From contig CAVPCQ010000003.1 of assembly GCA_963702425.1 (NCBI GenBank), positions 32,001-96,000 of the forward strand: DNA of 64,000 nucleotides, written 5' to 3'. Under the pieces are notes generated by a model that did no database searches, was not told where the DNA came from, and worked only from the letters and a program-made list of their open reading frames with translations. Shown piece by piece: positions 9,699 to 19,474 of the stretch. Made by a program: the position numbers and the translations under genes. Origin of the DNA: an uncultured Acidobacteriota bacterium (GTDB lineage Bacteria; Acidobacteriota; Polarisedimenticolia; J045). Every line of letters starts with the position of its first letter. Positions within the stretch are counted from its first letter, which is position 1.

Positions 9699-11059
9699 CA
9701 GCCGTTCCCCGACACCACGACCTCGGCCCCGGCCCGGTCGACCCGGCCGCCGATCTCGCGCTGCGCTTCGAGCAGGAACCGGTGGAACGGGCCGTCGGCG
9801 TTGTCCGGGTCGTTGTACGGAAGGAACGGCGCCCCGGCCGCGCCGGCTGCGCGGGTCGCGGGGAGCAGCACCTCGCGCGCGGCGACGGCGTCGAGCGTCA
9901 CCGGCTCGCGCGCCGCGAGCACGACCCCGGGCCGCGCGGCCATGTCGGGATGGGTGCGCGAGCCCCAGCCGATCCACTCCGCGGTCACCAGGTGCAGGTC
10001 GGGGGCCCGCACGGTGCGCATCAGGTGGCCCAGCGCGCCGCCGGTGTGCTGGAAGTCGAGCGCCTTCTCCTCGGGCAGCAGGGCGTGGAAGGCGCGCTTC
10101 ACCGGACCGGCCTGGCGCGCGGCCCAGCGCCAGGTGCGGTGCGACGGCCGCATCCCGACGTAGTGGGTGTTGAACCAGCCCGGCGGCTCCGTTCCGTGGA
10201 AGCCGCAGGTCATGTCGACCACCCCCATCAGGTTCTTGATCGCCGCCGTGACGCCCGCGTAGCGGCTGTGGTGGCAGATCGACGAGACGTTCCAGAAGCG
10301 GAGCGGGCGGCCGGTGAAGGCGCCGTCCCGCCACACGCCGCGCTTCAGGTCGACGACGTCGCCGCTGACCGGCGAGCTGAAGACCGGCCAGGTCATCGCG
10401 CAGCGGTTCCCCTCGGGCGTGACATGGCAGTCCTCGAGGTCCCAGACGTAGCCGTCCCCCTCGCCCGGGCCGCTGACGCGGCGGCCGTTCCCGGCCGGAA
10501 ACTGCCACGGCTCGGGGTTGGGGCCGGCATCGTGCCAGTGGACCTTGCCGACGTTCGCCGCGCCGGCCGCTCGGAAATGCTCGACCAGCTCGTCGTAGTT
10601 GAAGCGCCCGTTGCGCTTGTCGGTGGTCCAGGCCCGCGCGACCGGCTCGGTGAAGTGGTGGTTGTCGGCCAGCAGGACTTCGCCCGCAAAGCCGCCCGGC
10701 CGCTCGAGGATCGCGCGGACCAGCTCCGCCAGGACGTCGGTGTTGCTCATCCCCTGCGAGTGCCACTGGGCGTTGACCTTGATCACGACCAGGTCGTCCG
10801 GCCCGACGAGTTGCGCCGCGCCGCCCCAGCCGTCGAGCGCGGCGCGCGCGTTGCGCTCGGGCGAGCCGGCGCGAGCCAGCACGACGCGCCCGGGCTGCGC
10901 GGCTCCAGCCGCGCGCCGTGGCTCGCCCGGGCAGCCCGATGGCGTGGTCACGGACTCGTCGCCCTGCTTCGCACGACAGCCGGCGCCGGCAAGCCCCGCT
11001 CCCGTCGCGAGCAGGAACCCGCGGCGCGCCAGCCTCGTCCCCTTCGGCTGCGTCGCCAC
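9698..11059 (-). CDS. Tat-exported DUF362 family protein
   Basis: RRGFL twin-arginine motif then possible lipobox AGC; VVIKVN, HHSRYAGVTAAIKNLMG, EPVTLDAVA. Confidence 0.75.
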   Translation of the reverse strand: MATQPKGTRLARRGFLLATGAGLAGAGCRAKQGDESVTTPSGCPGEPRRAAGAAQPGRVVLARAGSPERNARAALDGWGGAAQLVGPDDLVVIKVNAQWHSQGMSNTDVLAELVRAILERPGGFAGEVLLADNHHFTEPVARAWTTDKRNGRFNYDELVEHFRAAGAANVGKVHWHDAGPNPEPWQFPAGNGRRVSGPGEGDGYVWDLEDCHVTPEGNRCAMTWPVFSSPVSGDVVDLKRGVWRDGAFTGRPLRFWNVSSICHHSRYAGVTAAIKNLMGVVDMTCGFHGTEPPGWFNTHYVGMRPSHRTWRWAARQAGPVKRAFHALLPEEKALDFQHTGGALGHLMRTVRAPDLHLVTAEWIGWGSRTHPDMAARPGVVLAAREPVTLDAVAAREVLLPATRAAGAAGAPFLPYNDPDNADGPFHRFLLEAQREIGGRVDRAGAEVVVSGNG

Positions 11060-11070
11060 GACGCGCCCGG

Positions 11071-11322
11071 TCAGGCTTCCGCGGGCGCTTGCTTTCGCCG
11101 GACGTAGGCCTCCACCTTGGCCAGGCTGTCCATGTTCTCGAGGTTGATCTCGTCGGGCTCGACGCCGATCTCGAAGCGCTCCTCGAGGAAGGACACCAGC
11201 TCCAGCACGCCCGTCGAGTCGAGGATGCCGGCCTCGACAAAAGAGGTCTCCGGCACGAGCGCAACCTCGCCGAAGATGAAGTTCTCGCGAACGAACTGCT
11301 CGATCTCTTCTCGCACGTTCAT
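11071..11322 (-). CDS. Acyl carrier protein
   Basis: 83 aa acidic protein MNVREEIEQF...GILDSTGVLELVSFLEERFEI; phosphopantetheine Ser in LDS. Confidence 0.9.
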   Translation of the reverse strand: MNVREEIEQFVRENFIFGEVALVPETSFVEAGILDSTGVLELVSFLEERFEIGVEPDEINLENMDSLAKVEAYVRRKQAPAEA

Positions 11323-13352
11323 CTCGGTCCCGTCCGCTCCGCGTCCTGCGCCGGCCCCCCCGGGGGCCCGGCGGTTTCGTCCGTCAGCTCGCGCAGCGGG
11401 AAGCGCGCGGCATCGGCCGCGACCTCCCCGGCGGCGCCGCGGCGCCAGGCGCGCGCGAGCAGCTGGGCGGACAGTATGCCTACGAATGCCATGTTTTCCC
11501 GCTCGCCGAGCGGCCGCCCGGCGAAGGCCTTCGCCGCCAGGCCGGCCACCCGCCCCGGATCGAACAGCTCGTGGTCGGCCACGGCGGCCGAGGAGAGCAG
11601 CTCCTCCGCCATCGCGCGCCCGGACCCCTGGAGGAAGCTCCTGACGTTCGGCGCGGTGTACGGTCGCTTCGCCCGCTCGAGCACGGCCGGCGGGACGAGG
11701 TCCGCCACGGCGCGCCGCAGCAGCCACTTCTCGGACAGCCCGCGCAGCTTGAGTGCCGGGTGCAGGCGCTGTCCGAATTCGACGATCCGGTAGTCGAGGA
11801 ACGGGTAGCGCCCCTCGACGCCGTGGCCGAGGCTCATCCGGTCGCCCTGCGAGGCGAGCAGGTGCCCGGCGAGGAAGAGCTTGAACTCGAGGTATTCGGC
11901 CCGGGCCAGTGGCGAGCGCCCGGCCAGCGCCGGCCCGAAGGCCGCCAGCGCCTCTTCCTGGGGATCGTGGGCCGCTGCGGCCGCGGCCAGCATCGCGCCG
12001 TAGAAGACCCGGTTGCGGGCCCCGTTGCGCCAGGTCGGGCGGTGCGAGAAGCCGGGGTCGTCCGGCCGCTCGATCCCCTCGCGGTAGAAGGCCTCGAAGA
12101 AGGCCACGGCGCGGTCGTTCGCTCCCGGCGCGAACGGGTAGAGCCGTCGCAGCAGGGCCGGGCGGATCTCCGAGTCGGGGCGCCGAGCCCACCACTGCCG
12201 GATCTTCGTCTCCTTGAAGATGTCGTAGCCGCCGAAGACCTCGTCCGCGCCCTCGCCGGTCAGCACGACCTTCGTGCCGTGCGAGCGGACCAGCTGGGCC
12301 AGCAGGTAGAGCGGGACCGGTGCGGTGCGGAGCATCGGCTTCTCGGCCAGCTCGACGACCCGCGGGAAGGCCGACGCGATGTCCTCGTAGGTCACCTCGA
12401 CCTGGTGGTGACGGGTGCCGAGCGCCCGGACCGCCAGCTCCTGCTCGGCCCGCTCGTCGTATTCGCGGTCGGTGAAGGTCACCGAGTAGGTCTCGAGCGG
12501 GGTGTCGGTGAGCGCACGCACCAGCGCCGTCGCGGCGGTCGAGTCGAGCCCTCCCGACAGGTAGGCCCCGACCGGCACGTCGGCGCGCAGCCGCAGCAGG
12601 ACCGAGTCCTCGAGCAGCGCGCGCAGCTCGGCCGCTGCCGCGCGCTCGTCGGTGAGCAGCGCGTCGGCCGGCGGCGGCGCGGGGACGTCCCAGTAGCGCG
12701 CGATCCGCGTCGGACGCCCCTGCTCCGCCACCAGCAGGTGGCCGGGCGGGAGCTCGTTCACCCCGGCCGCAACGGTGCGCGGTGGGAAGGTCGTCCAGAG
12801 CACGAAGCACTGGTCGAGGCCGAGCGGGTCGATCCGCGCCGGCAGCCCGGCCGCGAAGAGCGCCTTGATCTCCGAGGCGAACAGCAGCCGCCCCTCGTGC
12901 TCGGCCCAGTAGAGCGGGCGGATCCCGAGCCGGTCGCGCGCCAGCAGCAGCCGGCGCCGCCGCGCGTCCCACAGCGCGAGCGCGAAGTTGCCGTTGCAGC
13001 GCTCGACGAAGGCGTCGCCCCACTCCTCGTAGGCGTGGACCAGGACCTCGGTATCGGAGCGGGTCCGGAAACGGTGCCCCTTGGCTTCCAGGAGCGGCCG
13101 CAGCTCGACGTAGTTATAGACCTCGCCGTTGTAGGTGATCCAGATCGAGCCGTCTTCGTTGGGCAGCGGCTGCGCGCCGCCGGCGATGTCGATGATCGAC
13201 AGCCGGGCGTGGGCCAGCCCCGCGGGCGGGTCGAGCCGGAGGCCGAAGCCGTCCGGGCCGCGGTGCTCGACGCAGGCGATCATGCGTGCGAGCTCCTCGC
13301 GGCGCGGCGGCCGCGACCCGCTTCGGTCGACGATCCCCGCGATCCCGCACAT
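11319..13352 (-). CDS. asnB: Asparagine synthase (glutamine-hydrolyzing)-like amidotransferase
   Basis: N-terminal MCGIAG, HRGPD, RLSIID, LSGGLDS, LTGEGADEVFGGY, RYPFLD. Confidence 0.93.
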   Translation of the reverse strand: MCGIAGIVDRSGSRPPRREELARMIACVEHRGPDGFGLRLDPPAGLAHARLSIIDIAGGAQPLPNEDGSIWITYNGEVYNYVELRPLLEAKGHRFRTRSDTEVLVHAYEEWGDAFVERCNGNFALALWDARRRRLLLARDRLGIRPLYWAEHEGRLLFASEIKALFAAGLPARIDPLGLDQCFVLWTTFPPRTVAAGVNELPPGHLLVAEQGRPTRIARYWDVPAPPPADALLTDERAAAAELRALLEDSVLLRLRADVPVGAYLSGGLDSTAATALVRALTDTPLETYSVTFTDREYDERAEQELAVRALGTRHHQVEVTYEDIASAFPRVVELAEKPMLRTAPVPLYLLAQLVRSHGTKVVLTGEGADEVFGGYDIFKETKIRQWWARRPDSEIRPALLRRLYPFAPGANDRAVAFFEAFYREGIERPDDPGFSHRPTWRNGARNRVFYGAMLAAAAAAHDPQEEALAAFGPALAGRSPLARAEYLEFKLFLAGHLLASQGDRMSLGHGVEGRYPFLDYRIVEFGQRLHPALKLRGLSEKWLLRRAVADLVPPAVLERAKRPYTAPNVRSFLQGSGRAMAEELLSSAAVADHELFDPGRVAGLAAKAFAGRPLGERENMAFVGILSAQLLARAWRRGAAGEVAADAARFPLRELTDETAGPPGGPAQDAERTGPR

Positions 13353-13355
13353 TCC

Positions 13356-14129
13356 CTACGGCTCCTGGTTGTCGAGCAGTTGTTCGGGAGGGACCTCCCG
13401 GACGACCCGCGCCGGGGCGCCGACGACGATCATCCGGGCCGGGACGTCCTTCGTGACCACGGCGCCGGCGGCGACCAGCGCGTCGGCTCCGACCGTGATC
13501 CCGGGGAGGAAGGTCACGTTGGCACCGACGCGGGCCCCGCGCTCGAGCGTGACGCCGCCGAAGTGCTGGAACCGTGCTTTCGTGCGCCCGAGGTAGTTGT
13601 CGTTGGTGAAGGTCACCTCGGGCGCGATGAAGCAGCCCTCGCCGATCGTGGAGAGGGCCGTGATGTAGGCCTCGGTCTCGATCTTGCAGCGCGGACCGAT
13701 CGTGACCTTGTTCTCGACCGTCACGCCGCGCCCGATGATCGTCCGCGCCCCGATCGAGACCTCCTCGCGGACGGTCGCCTGGTCCGCGAGCATCACCTGC
13801 GGCCCGATCGAAGCGCCGCGGTAGACGATCACCGCCGCCCCCAGCAGGCAGTCGTTCGCGATCGTCAGCGGCGGCAGCGGCTTGAGCTGCGTCACCGCCG
13901 ACGCCGCCGCCTTCATCGGCAGCTTTCCGAGCACCGCGTGGTCGTCGATCCGCACGCCGTCCCCGACGACGACGTCCTCGTGGACGACGACGTAGCAGCC
14001 GATCGTGCAGCGCACCCCGATCCGTGCCCCCGCCATGACGACGGACCCGTGGCCGAGAGTCGTCCCCTCGCCCACCGTCGCGGTGGGATGGACCAGGGCC
14101 TGCCCGAACTCGCCCTGTACAACGCTCAC
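13356..14129 (-). CDS. Hexapeptide-repeat N-acyltransferase (WbpD-like)
   Basis: Hexapeptide repeats, FTNDNY, GAVVTKDVP, GAPAR; GTG start with GGAGG RBS. Confidence 0.85.
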   Translation of the reverse strand: MSVVQGEFGQALVHPTATVGEGTTLGHGSVVMAGARIGVRCTIGCYVVVHEDVVVGDGVRIDDHAVLGKLPMKAAASAVTQLKPLPPLTIANDCLLGAAVIVYRGASIGPQVMLADQATVREEVSIGARTIIGRGVTVENKVTIGPRCKIETEAYITALSTIGEGCFIAPEVTFTNDNYLGRTKARFQHFGGVTLERGARVGANVTFLPGITVGADALVAAGAVVTKDVPARMIVVGAPARVVREVPPEQLLDNQEP

Positions 14130-14243
14130 ACGTCCTCCGCGCCTACCGGCGCCCCTGGCGCCGGCAGGCTCAGCGAGGAAGGCCCCTCTTCGGCCGCCCG
14201 TCACCGCCGCGCCGCGACCGGTGCGGCCGCGAGCGGCGCCGGG

Positions 14244-14453
14244 TCACGCCTGCACCCGGTTCCGCTCCAGCCACGCCAGCAGCTCCGACTTCTTGTAGCG
14301 GAGCGAAGAGGTGCGCCCGGACCCGACCCGGTACGCCGGAAGCTGGTTGCTCTTGGTGAGCTCCCAGAGCTTCGTGCGCCCGATCTTCAGGAACTCCTGC
14401 GCCTCCCGGCTGGTGAGGATTTCGTCTTCACGTTCGATCATCTCGGAGGCCAT
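14244..14453 (-). CDS. Small excisionase-like helix-turn-helix DNA-binding protein (HTH_17)
   Basis: 69 aa; ILTSREAQEFLKIGRTKLWEL...LPAYRVG...LRYKKSELLAWL; AAGGAG RBS. Confidence 0.85.
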   Translation of the reverse strand: MASEMIEREDEILTSREAQEFLKIGRTKLWELTKSNQLPAYRVGSGRTSSLRYKKSELLAWLERNRVQA

Positions 14454-14560
14454 CGTGTTGCTCCTTGTTGCGTTCCGGGACGGCGTCACGCCGTCATCCG
14501 GGTTCCCCGGCAGGTGGACCGTGGTATATACAGGGCCTTCCTCGCGGAGGCCGCAGCCCG

Positions 14561-15724
14561 GTGTTCCCCGACACCGCTCCCTGGCTGGTCCGGCTGGTCC
14601 AAGCCGATCAGCCATGTCCTGACGACATTCCCGCCGACCTCTGGCCGGCGCTGCTCGAAGCGGCGCGTGAGGCCGACGTGCACGGCCTGGTGGCCGAGCG
14701 CGTCCTCGCCTCCGGCACCCGCGTGCCGCCCGCGATCGGCCGCGAGCTCGCGGCACTGCGCCAGCGCGAGGCCCGCCACCACGGGTTCCACTTCGTCGAG
14801 GCCGAGCGCATCGCCGCCGCCTTCGGCGCCCGCGCGATCCCCTGGGTGCTCCTGAAGGGAGCCGGTCTCGCGCGCACGGCCTACTCCCAGCCGGTCGAGC
14901 GCGCGTTCCGCGATCTCGACGTGCTCGTCGCCGACGACCGCCACGACGAGGCGATCGCCGCGCTGCGCGCGCTGGGCTATGCCGACGCCGACCCCGAGCC
15001 AGTGCAGGCGGCCCAGCGCGCCACTCATTTTCACGTCGCGCTCGCCGGTCCCGGCAAGCCCCAGGTCGAGCTGCACTGGGCCGTCGTGCGGCCGGAGGAC
15101 CCGTACCGCGTCGAGCCGCGCTGGCTGCTCGAGGGCGCGATCATCCCGGCCGACATGCCGCACGTCCCCTGTCCCCCCGCGGAGGCGCAGGTCGTGCATG
15201 CCGCGGCCAGCCAGGTCCGCTGCGGCTTCACGCAGCTCAAGCGGATCGTGGACGTCGACCGGATCGCGCGCCGCGGAGGCGTCGACTGGGCGCGGGTGGC
15301 GAACCTGGCCCGGGAAGGCGATCTCGGCCCGGCCGTGCGCCTGCTGCTCGAACTCTCGGCCGAGCTGCTCGGCACGCCGCTCGACGGGGCGCTCGCGCTG
15401 CTCCCACCGCTCGGCCCGGTCCGCACCCGCCTCGACGAGCTGGGGATCGCCGGCTTCCCGCTCGGCCTGCCGCCGTCCGCCTGGGGCCCGGCCCGGCACC
15501 TCGTGCGCTACTGGCTGGCGCGCCAGCGCAGCGTCGTGGTGCACCAGTTCGTCTTCCCGACGCCGTTCGAGCGCGAGCGGATGCGCGCGCTCGGCGTCCG
15601 CCGGGGCGCGGAGCTGGCGGGCACGGCCAAGCGCACGGCGATCCTCGCCTGGCTGGCGCTGTGGCAGCTCGGTTTGCGCGTGGCGCCGCATCGTCGCTCG
15701 CTTCCTCTCCATCCCGACCGCTAA
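14561..15724 (+). CDS. Nucleotidyltransferase family protein (NTP_transf_5)
   Basis: [19 protein letters not shown] (DxD), VELHW motifs; start uncertain. Confidence 0.82.
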   Translation: MFPDTAPWLVRLVQADQPCPDDIPADLWPALLEAAREADVHGLVAERVLASGTRVPPAIGRELAALRQREARHHGFHFVEAERIAAAFGARAIPWVLLKGAGLARTAYSQPVERAFRDLDVLVADDRHDEAIAALRALGYADADPEPVQAAQRATHFHVALAGPGKPQVELHWAVVRPEDPYRVEPRWLLEGAIIPADMPHVPCPPAEAQVVHAAASQVRCGFTQLKRIVDVDRIARRGGVDWARVANLAREGDLGPAVRLLLELSAELLGTPLDGALALLPPLGPVRTRLDELGIAGFPLGLPPSAWGPARHLVRYWLARQRSVVVHQFVFPTPFERERMRALGVRRGAELAGTAKRTAILAWLALWQLGLRVAPHRRSLPLHPDR

Positions 15725-17634
15725 CGCCGCGCCACCCAGCTCTGCACCTCGGGGGGCAGGTAGGGGCGGTATTCGGGCACCAGTTCCTTCAACGTCTCGC
15801 GGATCCCCATGTCGTCCATCGCCACGGCCTGGTTGATCAGCCGCGCGACCCTCTGGTCGAGGTCCGGCGGAACTGTCTCCTTGGCCGCGACCTTGGAGAT
15901 TTTCGGGTGGGCGGTCCGCTCGGTCAGCTCGCGCTCGCTCGAAAGCTCCTCGTTCAGCTTCTCCCCCGGGCGCAGGCCGACATAGACCACCGGGATGTCC
16001 TGGTCCGGTTCGAGGCCGTGTAGCCGGATCACCTTCCGCGCCAGGTCGTCGATCAGCATCGGCTCGCCCATGTCGAGCACGAAGATCTCGCCCCCCTTGG
16101 CCAGGGTGCCGGCCTGAATCACCAGCGCCACGGCCTCCGGGATCGTCATGAAGTAGCGCCGGACTTCCTTGTGGGTCACGGTGACGGGCCCGCCGCGTTC
16201 GATCTGGCGCTGGAACAGCGGGATGACCGAGCCCCGGCTGCCGAGCACGTTGCCGAAGCGCACCGCGGCGACGACCGTGTGCCGGTAGCGCCCCGACTGG
16301 ATGTACATCTCGGCGACCCGCTTGCAGCAACCCATGATGCTCGACGGGTTGACGGCCTTGTCGGTCGAGATGCAGACCAGCCGCTCGACGCCGAACTCGT
16401 CGCAGGCCTCCAGGACGTTCCGCGTGCCGAGGATGTTGTTCAGCACCGCTTCGTCCGGGTTGAGCTCCATCAGGGGGACGTGCTTGTCGGCCCCCGCGTG
16501 GAAGACGATCTCGGGGCGGAAGCGCTGGAAGACGCCCATCAGCTTCCGCTTGTTGATCACGTCCCCGATGATCTCGATCAGCTGCGTGTCGGCGGCGCGC
16601 GGCGACAGCTCCTGGAAGATCGCGAAGATGCTGTTCTCGCCGCGGCCCAGCAGACCCAATTGCGACGGATTGAAGCGCAGCACCTGGCGGCAGAGCTCCG
16701 AGCCGATCGAGCCGCCGGCGCCCGTGATCAGGACGCGCCGCCCGCGGAGGTAGGCGCTGACCTCCTCGACCTTCAGCTCGACGCGCGGTCGGCCCAGCAG
16801 GTCCTCGATCTGCAGGTCGCGGATGTCCGAGAGCCGGACCGGACCGTGCACCAGGCTGGCCAGGTCGGGCAGGATCTTCATCTTGGCGCCGGTGCCGCGG
16901 CAGATCTCGACGATCGGGCGGACCTCTTCGGCGGTCGCCGACGGGATCGCGATCAGGATCTCCTGCACGTCGTGCTGCGAGACCAGGCGCGGGATGTCGG
17001 CGCGTCCGCCGCGGACCTTCACGCCGTGCAGCCGCAGCCCGAGCTTGCTCCGGTCGTCGTCGACGATGCCAACCGGGAGGTAGCCCAGCGCCTCGTTGCG
17101 CGCCATCTCGCGGACCAGCGACTCGCCGGCGTCGCCGGCGCCGACGATCAGGATCCGGCGCTCCGGCCCGCGTGCCCGCGGCGCGATCAGGCGGCGCATT
17201 CTCACCGGGATCGCCGCCAGGAAGGCGGGGTTGACGCGCTCGCGCGCGAGGCGCGGCGCGACACGGACCATCCCGCAGAACAGCAGCGTCAGCAGCAGGT
17301 CGAGCGCGGCAACGCTGGAGGGGACGTGGTCGCCGATGACGTACCAGGTCGCGATCAACACCAGCGTCGCCGAGACCGCGCCGCGCAACAGCCGCAGCAG
17401 GTCGGAGATCGACGAGTAGCGCCAGAGCGTGGCGTAGTTGCCGAACAGGGCGAGGACCACCAGCTTCACGACCACGACCAGCGGCAGCGCCTTGCGCAGC
17501 AGGGCGCCCTGCTCCGCCGGGAGTTCGCCGCCGAAGCGCAGCAGGTAGGCGCACCAGAAGGCCAGCGCGAACAGCAGGGCATCGGTGGCGGCCTTGGCCG
17601 CGACGATCCACAGGCTCTCCAGGCGCTGCCGCAT
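15721..17634 (-). CDS. Membrane-bound nucleotide-sugar 4,6-dehydratase (PglF/CapD/WbpM family)
   Basis: N-terminal TMs, [51 protein letters not shown]. Confidence 0.93.
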   Translation of the reverse strand: MRQRLESLWIVAAKAATDALLFALAFWCAYLLRFGGELPAEQGALLRKALPLVVVVKLVVLALFGNYATLWRYSSISDLLRLLRGAVSATLVLIATWYVIGDHVPSSVAALDLLLTLLFCGMVRVAPRLARERVNPAFLAAIPVRMRRLIAPRARGPERRILIVGAGDAGESLVREMARNEALGYLPVGIVDDDRSKLGLRLHGVKVRGGRADIPRLVSQHDVQEILIAIPSATAEEVRPIVEICRGTGAKMKILPDLASLVHGPVRLSDIRDLQIEDLLGRPRVELKVEEVSAYLRGRRVLITGAGGSIGSELCRQVLRFNPSQLGLLGRGENSIFAIFQELSPRAADTQLIEIIGDVINKRKLMGVFQRFRPEIVFHAGADKHVPLMELNPDEAVLNNILGTRNVLEACDEFGVERLVCISTDKAVNPSSIMGCCKRVAEMYIQSGRYRHTVVAAVRFGNVLGSRGSVIPLFQRQIERGGPVTVTHKEVRRYFMTIPEAVALVIQAGTLAKGGEIFVLDMGEPMLIDDLARKVIRLHGLEPDQDIPVVYVGLRPGEKLNEELSSERELTERTAHPKISKVAAKETVPPDLDQRVARLINQAVAMDDMGIRETLKELVPEYRPYLPPEVQSWVARR

Positions 17635-17636
17635 CG

Positions 17637-18690
17637 TCAGACCGCCTTTCGCTCGCCGTCGCGCGTGTCGTGGGCCACCCGCCCGCCCGCTCTCCGGAAC
17701 TGCACCAGCGCCTCCAGGGCCGCGCCCACCGTCAGCAGCGCGTCGTGCCGCGCCTTGGGGCGGACCTGCATCAGCGGGCGCCGCACCACGAACGGCACCA
17801 GTCGGTCGAGCGCCGCCCCGTCGTCGTCGACCCGCTCGGCCCCCTCTGAGCGGTAGCGGGTGAGAATTTCCTCCGGGATGGCGTCGGTCGCGACCAGCGC
17901 GCCGTCGAGCGTCCCCGCGTGGTCGAGCACGGCGCGGACGTGCGCCGCCGCGGTGAAGCCGCTGGTCTCGCCGTCCTCGGTCATCGCGTTGACCACCAGC
18001 AGCCGCAGCGCCGCGGTCCGGCGCAGCGCGGCGGCGAGGCGGCCGACCAGCAGGTTGGGGACGATGCTGGTGAACAGGCTGCCCGGGCCGAGGATCACGA
18101 GGTCGGCCTTCTCGATCGCTTCGACCACGCCCGGCGCAGCGGCATCGGCCGCCGGTTCGAGCCGCAACCGGTGCACGGCACCGCCCGCGGCGGCCAGCGC
18201 CGTCTCGCCCAGCAGCTCGCGGCCGTCGGCCATCGTCGCCACCAGGCGCACGTGGTCGAGGGTCGACGGGAAGACGCGCCCCTGGATGTTGAGCACCTCG
18301 CTCGCCAGCTGGACCGCGGCCGCGAAGCCGCCTTCCTCCTCCTGGGCCAGCGCGGCCAGGATCAGGTTCCCGACCGGATGCCCTTCGAGGTCCTGCCCCG
18401 GTGCGGTAGCGGGCCTGGAACAGGCGGGCCATCAACGGCTCGTTGTGCGAGAGCGCGACGAGGCAGTTCCGGATGTCGCCTGGCGGAAGCATCCGCAGCG
18501 ATTCGCGCAGCCGGCCCGAGCTGCCCCCCTCGTCGGTCACCGTGACCACCGCCGTCAGCCGCTCGGGGTCGTCCGCCAGCCCGGCCGGGAACAGGACGGC
18601 CTTGAGCCCGCGGAGCACCGCGGGCAGGCCCGTCCCGCCGCCGAGGGCGACGACGCGGAGCGGGAACGGCATGGTCTCAACGTGGTTCAC
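17637..18690 (-). CDS. YvcK/GlmR family UDP-GlcNAc-binding protein (frameshift near 18400)
   Basis: [30 protein letters not shown] in one frame; [23 protein letters not shown] in the next. Confidence 0.85.
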
Positions 18691-19474
18691 GGTCGTAGTA
18701 GCTCCCGCCGTACTCGTCGTAGCGGTAGTAGTAGCGGTCGACCAGCGTGTAGCGGACGTCGTTGAGCACGACGCCGATCACGCGGCCGGTCGTGATCTGG
18801 GCCAGCGCCTTGCGCACGATCTGGCGGCTCGTCAGGCCGGCGCGGATCACGAAGATCAGCCCGTCGGCGTGCGAGTTGAGGATGTTGGCGTCGACGAACC
18901 GCATCAGCGGCGGGGCGTCGAGGATGACCATGTCGAAGCGGTCGCGCAGCTGGCGCAAGAGGCGCCGGAAGCGCTCGGACTTCAGCACCTCGGCCGGCTT
19001 GTCGGGCGGGCGGCCGGCCGGCAGCAGGCGCAGGCGGGTCTGGTTGAGGTCGACGATCGCGGCGTCCAGGTCGGCGCGGTCCTCGAAGACGTCCATCCAG
19101 CCGACGCGCGGCTTGCTCAGCAGGAACTGGTGGACCCGCGGCCGGTGCAGGTCGACGTCCATCAGGACCACCTTGCGGTCGCGGTCCTCGGCCATCGCCA
19201 GCGCGAGGTTCATCGAGCTGAGGGTCTTCCCCTCGGCCTCGCGGCTGCTGGTGATCACGATCGTCCGATAGGGGTGGTCGTCGCGCGCGCCGAGGTGGTC
19301 GATGTGCGTCATCATCCGGCGGTAGCGCTCGGTCACCGGCGAGCGCGGGTCGACCATCGGCATCAGCAGCGGATTGGGCGCGAGGTCGCGCGGCACGCGC
19401 CGCGTCGCGGTCTGCGGCGCGCCCTCGTCGGGGGCCACGGGCCGGCCCGGAACGGCTGCGTCGCGCCGGCTCAC
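18677..19474 (-). CDS. CpsD/CapB family BY-kinase (Wzc cytoplasmic domain)
   Basis: Walker A-like [23 protein letters not shown]-terminal tyrosine cluster [13 protein letters not shown]. Confidence 0.88.
   Translation of the reverse strand: MSRRDAAVPGRPVAPDEGAPQTATRRVPRDLAPNPLLMPMVDPRSPVTERYRRMMTHIDHLGARDDHPYRTIVITSSREAEGKTLSSMNLALAMAEDRDRKVVLMDVDLHRPRVHQFLLSKPRVGWMDVFEDRADLDAAIVDLNQTRLRLLPAGRPPDKPAEVLKSERFRRLLRQLRDRFDMVILDAPPLMRFVDANILNSHADGLIFVIRAGLTSRQIVRKALAQITTGRVIGVVLNDVRYTLVDRYYYRYDEYGGSYYDREPR

Noticed and set aside
11319-13352. AsnB as a dedicated lasso cyclase
   Set aside because: It retains the full Cys1 glutaminase domain and is coupled to an ACP in a glycan operon, with no B2 peptidase nearby; amidotransferase is more parsimonious, though a link is not excluded
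14244-14453. Prophage excisionase marking a prophage
   Set aside because: No integrase or phage genes; the context is a glycan operon
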